DNA from: an uncultured Prevotellaceae bacterium
GTDB lineage: Bacteria; Bacteroidota; Bacteroidia; Bacteroidales; Muribaculaceae
Length of the DNA stretch: 64,000 bases
Direction: 5' to 3'
Assembly (NCBI GenBank): GCA_945921235.1
Contig: CAMEKH010000001.1
Span: 17,961-81,960 of the forward strand
Below the pieces are notes generated by a model. It was given only the letters and a program-made list of their open reading frames with translations, made no database searches and was not told where the DNA came from. The translations under genes were made by a program, and so were the position numbers. Every line of letters begins with the position of its first letter. The stretch's first letter is position 1. Below are positions 57,713 through 64,000 of the stretch, one piece after another.

Positions 57713-58843
57713 TCACACTATCAGCTCAACGCCTATTCCGGGGCGGTCGGGAATTGTAACTCGTCCATTTACTATCTTTATACCATCGAAGCGGTCATTG
57801 GCAATCAACAGATTACCATCGAGGTCAGCCCAATCGACAAGTGGAGATAACTGTGCGGCAGCCGTTACGGCACATGATGTTTCAGTCATGCAACCTACCA
57901 TAATCTTCATATCGAGCGCTCTTGCCAATGTTACCATTTTATATGCTTCATGCAGACCGGTACTCTTCATCAGCTTTATGTTAATTCCATCGTAGACTCC
58001 ATGGAATCGCTTTATATCTCCTATTCGCTGAAAAGCCTCATCGGCTATTATCGGTAAGTTGCTATGTTCGCGCAACCACGCTGTTTCATCAATCATCTCT
58101 TTAGGCATAGGTTGCTCTACGAAAAGGCAGTTCTTATCATATAACCATTCAATCATTTCAAGAGCTTTATGCTTATCACTCCAACCCTGATTTGCATCTA
58201 CACAAATCGGGCGGTCGGTCATTTGCCTTATTATTTCCACAAGCTCTTTATCATTGTCAAGTCCCATCTTCACTTTCAAGACCTTGTAAGGTTCAGCTTC
58301 AATTACTTTCTGACGAACAATCTCAGCCTTGTCAATTCCGATGGTAAACGATGTATTCGGAGCTTTCTCCGGCGATAGTCCCCATATTTTATACCATGGT
58401 TGCCCCATTATCTTTCCAAGAAGGTCGTGAAGTGCTATATCGACCGATGCTTTCGCAGCACGATTATTTGCCTCAATAGAGTCAACATATTCAAGGATTT
58501 CCTCTATGCGAAAAGGGTCATTAAATTGTGATAAATCAACTTTGCTGAGAAATTTCATTACACTTTCCACACTTTCGCCGAGATATGGCGGCATAGCTGC
58601 TTCTCCATAGCCGATTATTCCATCATATTCGATTTGCACTTGAACATCGGGAGTAGTAGTTCTGCTATATTTTGCCAGATTAAAAGCATGGCGTAATTTC
58701 AGCTCATATGGGGAGTATGAAAGATGCATCTTTCCTGACTTTACACTTCTTTTCGCCGAGCGCCCTATTGCCGACAAAGATATTGGTGAAGATGCAGCTA
58801 TAAGTCCCAATCCCGCCCCAATCAAGAATTTTCTTCTATCCAT
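57713..58843 (-). CDS. Dipeptide epimerase (L-Ala-D/L-Glu epimerase family, enolase superfamily) with a twin-arginine signal
   Basis: 376 aa. The N-terminus MDRRKFLIGAGLGLIAASS matches the Tat consensus RRxFL. Enolase-superfamily motifs are present: LKVKMG (KxK), DANQGW and VEQP. Confidence 0.85.
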   Translation of the reverse strand: MDRRKFLIGAGLGLIAASSPISLSAIGRSAKRSVKSGKMHLSYSPYELKLRHAFNLAKYSRTTTPDVQVQIEYDGIIGYGEAAMPPYLGESVESVMKFLSKVDLSQFNDPFRIEEILEYVDSIEANNRAAKASVDIALHDLLGKIMGQPWYKIWGLSPEKAPNTSFTIGIDKAEIVRQKVIEAEPYKVLKVKMGLDNDKELVEIIRQMTDRPICVDANQGWSDKHKALEMIEWLYDKNCLFVEQPMPKEMIDETAWLREHSNLPIIADEAFQRIGDIKRFHGVYDGINIKLMKSTGLHEAYKMVTLARALDMKIMVGCMTETSCAVTAAAQLSPLVDWADLDGNLLIANDRFDGIKIVNGRVTIPDRPGIGVELIV

Positions 58844-58864
58844 AGAATATTTATTTTTAGAATG

Positions 58865-60004
58865 TTATTTATCAAAGTACCATGAGTGATTCCTTACCGC
58901 AACAATGCCCGGAGTATCTATTTCGCCATCAATACGACTAATAGACAAAAATGGAGTGGAAAGGTAATCACTTGCCGAAGTATCTACACTATTAATTTTC
59001 ACTCTACCCGAACAGTGAATATATTTACCTCCTCGTAGATATATACCCACATGTGTCACCCTGCCGGTTGAAGTGCCGAAAAACACCAAATCGCCACATT
59101 TCGACGATTTCCATTCCGCAGGTTTCATTCGTCGGCCATACAGAGCTTGTTGTGAAGCATCTCGTTGAAGAATTATGCCATTTGCAAAGTAACACACTTT
59201 TGCGAGACCTGAACAATCAGTAACTTTGGTAGATGTGCCACCCCACAAATATCCCGAACCCATCATTCGCCGAGCTGTCGACTCAATAACATTAGCATTA
59301 AATTTCTGTCGTGACCATTCCGAAAATTCTTTCACATCTGAAGCCGGCAAATATCCGCTCCTGCCATCAGGCGTTGAAAGTTCTATCCACTTACCTTTTT
59401 TTCCTTTATATTCCAAGATGTTACCAAGCACCAAGTCACTTACTGTAGCATCACTTCCGGGTTTCTCTACAAGACGCGATTGGTAAGCTGTGACAATGTA
59501 GCGTACTGAATTTTTCCACTTTAAGAGTTGAGACTCGCTAATACGCTTAATGGAATTGCCGGGAATATAAGAAATATAATTATCGGGCGTCTGCACTCTA
59601 TACCAATCGCCCTTTTTTTGCAATAATTTCACCGGCGTACCCATTATTGCCTGAGTTGCCATTTCAGCTGCATGGCGACCGTCAGTTCTGAGTGAGGCAA
59701 TAGAAAGCATCACTAATCCCCATGGCTTTTCCATGCTATTTTCAAGCACTACGATACTATCCACTATGTTCACACCAAGTTTGACCGTCTCTGCAAGTAT
59801 TGTTGCTTTCTTATTATCATTATCGACCTCCCCTTTCAATTTCCAAGCCTTATAAGTTTCAATACATTCAACATTCCACACGGAGGTCCTTGAATCGGGA
59901 GCATATATTTTCTTCAAGCTATCAACCACCATTTTCATATCCTGCGCCTTAACTAAGACTAACGAGCAAGATAACATAACTATGAACATGCAAAATTTCT
60001 TCAT
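58865..60004 (-). CDS. NlpC/P60 peptidase with SH3-like domains (YkfC-type gamma-D-glutamyl-L-diamino acid endopeptidase candidate)
   Basis: Signal peptide present. The catalytic Cys context is GGTSTKVTDCSGL and the His context is THVGIY. It lies 21 nt upstream of the epimerase. Confidence 0.85.
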   Translation of the reverse strand: MKKFCMFIVMLSCSLVLVKAQDMKMVVDSLKKIYAPDSRTSVWNVECIETYKAWKLKGEVDNDNKKATILAETVKLGVNIVDSIVVLENSMEKPWGLVMLSIASLRTDGRHAAEMATQAIMGTPVKLLQKKGDWYRVQTPDNYISYIPGNSIKRISESQLLKWKNSVRYIVTAYQSRLVEKPGSDATVSDLVLGNILEYKGKKGKWIELSTPDGRSGYLPASDVKEFSEWSRQKFNANVIESTARRMMGSGYLWGGTSTKVTDCSGLAKVCYFANGIILQRDASQQALYGRRMKPAEWKSSKCGDLVFFGTSTGRVTHVGIYLRGGKYIHCSGRVKINSVDTSASDYLSTPFLSISRIDGEIDTPGIVAVRNHSWYFDK

Positions 60005-60019
60005 AAATCGACTAATATT

Positions 60020-61456
60020 TTAATGCGTCAATGGTTCAAATTTATTGATAATCAGTTGTGAATCCCATTTATCCATTGGCAAGTTACCACCATCCCATTC
60101 CACTTCTCCAAGTTGGAAATCCACGGTTTCACATCTAATGTAACGTTTTGCAGGCGACAACACTCCGTTCACGCCCTCATTCGTAGCAAACCTATAAATA
60201 TCGGTTCCGGTTTTATAGTAATCTTTTATGGCAGTACCCTTTGTAGTTCGTCCGAAAGACACATCACATGGCACCCAACCGGTTCCTTCAAAATAGACCT
60301 CGCACCAATCATGAAGATTTTTATCTCCGGGGTGAAGCATCCAACCGCTCTCCCAACGTGCCGGAATGCCAAGTGCACGTAGAAGGGTAATATACAATAG
60401 CGACACTTGTCCACAATCTCCGTGTCCTTCTGATAGCACATATTCAGGGATATTGGGAATTGTACTGTAATCGCGCGCTCCGGCCCATGGATAACGTGCT
60501 ACAATATAATCATAGACACGACCTGCACAAACCACCGGATTTGTTGCATCGCCTACAATAGTGTGCGCAAGTTCTTTCATCTTATCACTAATAATTATAT
60601 GGGGATATTGACTCGATGTATATTGTTTATATATGTCGGATTCAACATCGTAAGGCTTTAGATTACGCATAATATCATCGGCTGCAAAATATTGTCCTCC
60701 AACCTCATATGACACTCTAATCTCAAAATGTGTAGGCTGCCCCGCAACAGCACCGGCCTCCATATACACCGTGTGATGTACACTCCCCTGCGACATAGTA
60801 GGTGCATGCGATGTTGACAACAGCTTTATGTTCCTTTGCCGTCCATTATCAAAAGGGAACGGCAACCACACTCGCACCTTCTTTCCGTGAGGAACAGCAT
60901 CGGCTTTCACATCAATTTTAAATGTCATCTCAACTGAATGCCAATTTCTCACATTGCTATCATCAATTGGTGTCGACATCATTGAATTGTAATAATTCAC
61001 CAGATTCTTCACCTCACTATCCTTATTTGCCTTATTAAACTCAGCAAAATCATCAACATCAATAAGGCGAAGATTTCTCACTGATTTTCTGAACCACATA
61101 TCTTGCCCGTTGATTTCCATTGTTTCGATATATCGCTTGGATATCCACTCTTCAATCAGCGAATCAGTGGCATAAGGCACTATTTCTTTTATCTTGGCTC
61201 GACCTTCAACCGAACTTAATGAAAAATCGGCATAAATTCTTGCCATTATCTGCTTGATAGAATCAATCTCAATTGAACACCGCGCCTTGATGTCATCATT
61301 CAAGCCTTCAATAATACTATCAACAGCATTAAACTCTCCCTGATGTAATCTCAAAATAGCTTCTTCCTTCCACTTTGTAATAGATTCTTTATGCGAACAG
61401 GCTACTAACATTAACAGCGCCGCCATACAATAGGATATTTTATACCATCGTTTCAT
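60020..61456 (-). CDS. Transglutaminase-like cysteine peptidase lipoprotein
   Basis: Lipobox LLMLVAC. The transglutaminase core carries a Cys-His-Asp triad in the contexts GHGDCGQVS, NLHDWCEVY and WVPCD. Confidence 0.8.
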   Translation of the reverse strand: MKRWYKISYCMAALLMLVACSHKESITKWKEEAILRLHQGEFNAVDSIIEGLNDDIKARCSIEIDSIKQIMARIYADFSLSSVEGRAKIKEIVPYATDSLIEEWISKRYIETMEINGQDMWFRKSVRNLRLIDVDDFAEFNKANKDSEVKNLVNYYNSMMSTPIDDSNVRNWHSVEMTFKIDVKADAVPHGKKVRVWLPFPFDNGRQRNIKLLSTSHAPTMSQGSVHHTVYMEAGAVAGQPTHFEIRVSYEVGGQYFAADDIMRNLKPYDVESDIYKQYTSSQYPHIIISDKMKELAHTIVGDATNPVVCAGRVYDYIVARYPWAGARDYSTIPNIPEYVLSEGHGDCGQVSLLYITLLRALGIPARWESGWMLHPGDKNLHDWCEVYFEGTGWVPCDVSFGRTTKGTAIKDYYKTGTDIYRFATNEGVNGVLSPAKRYIRCETVDFQLGEVEWDGGNLPMDKWDSQLIINKFEPLTH

Positions 61457-61498
61457 AAATCCCTATACATTATTTTAAATAATTCTAAATGGTCAATA

Positions 61499-61506
61499 CA
61501 AAGTTA
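61499..61506 (-). promoter_or_regulatory. -7 box TAACTTTG (transglutaminase-like / NlpC-P60 / epimerase operon)
   Basis: The plus strand reads CAAAGTTA. It lies 42 nt upstream of ATG 61456. Confidence 0.55.
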
Positions 61507-61663
61507 CTATTTATGAACAAATAATCTATTTATTAACACGAAAAAATTGCATAAATGCCCGATATTATATATCAAAATGCTTTGCTAATATTTTTATCAC
61601 ATTTATTCATAGTTGATTTACAATATTTTTCACTCAATTCTTTGCCAAATGACAAGATTTAAG

Positions 61664-61671
61664 TAAATTTG
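61664..61671 (+). promoter_or_regulatory. -7 box TAAATTTG (bamD-rpoZ)
   Basis: Exact TAnnTTTG match, 24 nt before ATG 61696. Confidence 0.55.
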
Positions 61672-61695
61672 CAAACTAATTGTAAAGACAAAACT

Positions 61696-62499
61696 ATGAC
61701 ACAACGTATTTTATTCATTTTACTTGCTATATCATTGTTCTCAAGTTGTGGTGAGTACAACAAGGTTTTAAAGAGCAATGACTATAACTATAAATTTGAA
61801 TATGCAAAAAAAGCATTTGAAAAGAAAAAGTACGCCCAAGCATATACCATTTTAGGGGACCTTGTAACAGTGTTCAAAGGCACTGATAAAGCTGAAGAAT
61901 CACTTTATCTCCTCGCATTAAGTTATTATGAGAATAAAGACTATATAAACTCAGGAGCTTATTTCAAAGCTTATTACACTAATTACCCTAAAGGACAATA
62001 CACAGAGTTGGCTCGATTCTATGCAGGATATGGATACTATCTCGACTCCCCGGAATCTCAGCTCGACCAAAGCGGAACATATAAAGCCATTGAAGAGCTT
62101 CAAGGCTTCCTCGATTATTTCCCGAAAAGCGACAAAGTTTCAATTGCTCAAAATGCCATTTTCGAGCTACAAGATAAATTAGTGTTCAAAGAATTGCAAA
62201 ATGCCCAGCTCTATTATAATCTCGGCAATTATCTCGGCAACAACTACGAATCTGCTGTAATTGTGGCAAGAAATGCTATTAAGGATTATCCTTATAGCAA
62301 ATATAAAGAACAATTGGAAATGCTTATATTGAAAGCGAGATATCAAGAAGCTGCTCAAAGTGTTGAAGAAAAGAAAGTGGAGCGTTTCCGTGATGTTATT
62401 GATGAATACTACTCATTTATCAACGATTATCCTGAAAGCGAAACAAGAAAAGAAGCCGACAATATCTTCAAAATTGCAAGCAACTACGTGAAAGAATAA
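61696..62499 (+). CDS. bamD: Outer-membrane protein assembly factor BamD (TPR lipoprotein)
   Basis: Lipobox LFSSC and TPR-like repeats. The ORF-track start 61669 is the TTG of the -7 box TAAATTTG, so ATG 61696 is used. Confidence 0.85.
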   Translation: MTQRILFILLAISLFSSCGEYNKVLKSNDYNYKFEYAKKAFEKKKYAQAYTILGDLVTVFKGTDKAEESLYLLALSYYENKDYINSGAYFKAYYTNYPKGQYTELARFYAGYGYYLDSPESQLDQSGTYKAIEELQGFLDYFPKSDKVSIAQNAIFELQDKLVFKELQNAQLYYNLGNYLGNNYESAVIVARNAIKDYPYSKYKEQLEMLILKARYQEAAQSVEEKKVERFRDVIDEYYSFINDYPESETRKEADNIFKIASNYVKE

Positions 62500-62526
62500 T
62501 AATTGTTTTAATATTTATAGAATAAG

Positions 62527-62865
62527 ATGGATTACAAGAAATCAAATGCACCGTTGAACACAGTGACTCGCGACATGATTAAATTGTCGGAAGACACGGG
62601 GAATGTTTATGAAACTGTGTGTATTATTGCAAAACGTGCCAATCAAATTGCAGTGGAAATGAAGCACGACTTGGAAAAGAAATTACAAGAATTTGCATCA
62701 ATGAACGATAATCTTGAGGAAATCTCTGAGAATCGTGAGCAAATAGAGATTTCCCGTTATTACGAGAAACTGCCAAAACCCACATTGATTGCTGCTCAAG
62801 AATACGAAGACCACAAATTAGTATATCGTAATCTTGTAAAGGAAAAGGAGAATATCAGCCTCTAA
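62527..62865 (+). CDS. rpoZ: RNA polymerase omega subunit (Rpb6-like)
   Basis: 112 aa. Motif NVYETVCIIAKRANQIA resembles the omega/Rpb6 core helix. Its position after bamD is conserved in Bacteroidota (from memory). Confidence 0.65.
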   Translation: MDYKKSNAPLNTVTRDMIKLSEDTGNVYETVCIIAKRANQIAVEMKHDLEKKLQEFASMNDNLEEISENREQIEISRYYEKLPKPTLIAAQEYEDHKLVYRNLVKEKENISL

Positions 62866-62906
62866 TTTCGCATCATTTGATTTTTATTAAATTTATCAAT
62901 AAACAC

Positions 62907-62949
62907 GAACCCCTCTCGTATGTATATACTGAGGGGTTCGATTGTTTTT
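62907..62949 (+). terminator. Intrinsic terminator after rpoZ
   Basis: Stem CGAACCCCTC / GAGGGGTTCG followed by ATTGTTTTT. Confidence 0.8.
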
Positions 62950-63045
62950 AAGGCTCAACTTCAATTCTGCCGATTTCAAGAAATCTTTCAAGATAACATT
63001 TCTCAAAAACAGGTCAGTTAATTTTGACATTATCCAAGTATTCGC

Positions 63046-63053
63046 TAAATTTG
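63046..63053 (+). promoter_or_regulatory. -7 box TAAATTTG (PASTA-rluD)
   Basis: Exact TAnnTTTG match, 20 nt before GTG 63074. A second match (TAATTTTG) lies at 63019-63026. Confidence 0.5.
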
Positions 63054-63073
63054 CATAAAATTGAAATTACGTA

Positions 63074-63703
63074 GTGGATAACAAAAATAATAACAAGCAG
63101 GGATTTGCTCGAAAGCACCCTATTCTAATTAATTTAGTAGCTATATGCATCACTTTTATCGTTATATGCATAATAGCAATGATAGGATTGAGCATCTTTA
63201 CAGAACATGGAAAATACAAAAATGTTCCCGACGTAAGACGACTCCCTGTTAGAGATGCCGTTATGCGTATTGAAAATGCCGGATTCAAATGTGAAATCAC
63301 CGATTCCACCTACAATGACTCTTACCCTCTCGGTTCGGTAATCGAGCAAGACCCCAAAGCTAATGCACAAGCCAAATCATTACGTACAGTTTACTTAAGT
63401 GTAAATGCATCAAGTCCTCGACTCGTTGCGTTACCGGGACTTAACGACCAATCTGTAAGACAATGTGAATCGACACTACTCGGCTTGGGATTTAAAAACA
63501 TATCAATTAATCGCATTCAATCGCCATATAAAGACTTGATTCTCGACGTTCAAGCCGATGGGAAACGTGTCACTTCGGGTAGTAAATTACCTCTTTCGGC
63601 AAGAATCACTCTAATCGTAGGTGATGGCAATGAAGTGATATTATCCCCCGACTCAATTGATAATTCAGCTATGAGTGATAATGCCGACGACTTCGAGTTT
63701 TAA
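63074..63703 (+). CDS. PASTA-domain membrane protein
   Basis: GTG start and an N-terminal TM anchor, followed by three PASTA-like repeats (VPDVRRLPVRDAVMRIENAGF.., LPGLNDQSVRQCESTLLGLGF..). rluD follows. Confidence 0.75.
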   Translation: MDNKNNNKQGFARKHPILINLVAICITFIVICIIAMIGLSIFTEHGKYKNVPDVRRLPVRDAVMRIENAGFKCEITDSTYNDSYPLGSVIEQDPKANAQAKSLRTVYLSVNASSPRLVALPGLNDQSVRQCESTLLGLGFKNISINRIQSPYKDLILDVQADGKRVTSGSKLPLSARITLIVGDGNEVILSPDSIDNSAMSDNADDFEF

Positions 63704-63757
63704 TGCAAATAAGGCATACATTTCACTACACACCAACAATTTATCAAAAAAGCATAT

Positions 63758-64000
63758 ATGGAGGATAAAGATAACAGCACATTACTTGAAACCGATGATT
63801 TATACCAACCGGACATTATAGATGATGGGCGCGAACTATGGGAGCACCATCATTTTATTGCCGATAAAGGTCAGGCATTACTTCGAATAGATAAATATCT
63901 CGTCACTCGAATTATCAACTCTTCAAGGAATCGAATTCAGCAAGCAGCCGAAGCCGGGTGTATATTAGTCAACGGAAAAGCAGTAAAATCCAATTATCGC
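63758..64000 (+). CDS. rluD: RluD-family pseudouridine synthase (5' part, runs off the window)
   Basis: Hand translation from ATG 63758: MEDKDNSTLL...HHHFIADKGQALLRIDKYLVTRIINSSRNRIQQAAEAGCILVNGKAVKSNYR. This is the S4-like N-terminal domain of RluD. Confidence 0.8.
   Translation, partial: MEDKDNSTLLETDDLYQPDIIDDGRELWEHHHFIADKGQALLRIDKYLVTRIINSSRNRIQQAAEAGCILVNGKAVKSNYR

Noticed and set aside
1-64000. Read the ORF track and the intergenic spacers for mobile elements, integrases, CRISPR repeats, R-M or TA pairs, rRNA, and other structured RNAs (tmRNA, RNase P, SRP, 6S).
   Set aside because: None found. No ORF has transposase, integrase or phage motifs, and there are no regularly spaced repeats. 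All spacers longer than 200 bp are AT-rich promoter regions without GC-rich helices. This was an eye scan only and should be confirmed with Infernal/Rfam and ISfinder-type searches.

Overview
This 64-kb window reads as core chromosome of a low-GC member of the Bacteroidales (phylum Bacteroidota). Three things support the taxon call. (i) About 20 transcription units carry the Bacteroidetes sigma-A -7 box TAnnTTTG, usually 20-60 nt upstream of the start codon. (ii) I noticed no obvious Shine-Dalgarno-like purine tracts in the few start regions I read closely. (iii) Several arrangements are typical of the phylum: a 286-aa RpoD, a fused LpxC-FabZ inside lpxD-lpxC/fabZ-lpxA, ileS-dksA-lspA-DUF4296, a long ribosomal protein S16, bamD-rpoZ and PASTA-rluD.

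I call 53 CDS (one partial), one tRNA-Gln(CUG), 14 intrinsic-terminator hairpins and 20 candidate promoters. Functions cover:
- nitrogen assimilation: gltBD, gdhA
- purines: purF-type, purU
- histidine: hisH-A-F-IE
- lysine: lysC, lysA
- leucine/isoleucine: leuA-leuCD-cimA-like-leuB
- tRNA charging and translation: ileS, glnS, S16, an EF-G paralogue, an ABC-F protein
- envelope: murF-like, ddl, lspA, plsC, lpxDCA, bamD, and a murein-peptide trio
- regulation and other: one two-component system, and an AmyE-like amylase.

Many ORF-track starts are TTG or GTG codons lying inside or upstream of the promoter box, so I re-called those starts.

I see no transposase, integrase, phage gene, CRISPR array, restriction-modification system, toxin-antitoxin pair or defence island. 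I therefore cannot honestly point to a clear-cut undescribed multi-gene system here. The items most worth a second look are:
- an EF-G paralogue with degenerate GTPase motifs, flanked by a repeated TTTTGCGAAA motif
- a membrane-anchored MurF-like ligase packed with an unusually long Ddl and an alpha/beta hydrolase
- an all-exported murein-peptide processing trio that includes a Tat-signal dipeptide epimerase
- a terminator-like hairpin with an overlapping Ile/Leu-rich mini-ORF in the leuA leader
- an insulated orphan secreted protein.

All homology statements come from reading motifs by eye; no database search was run.
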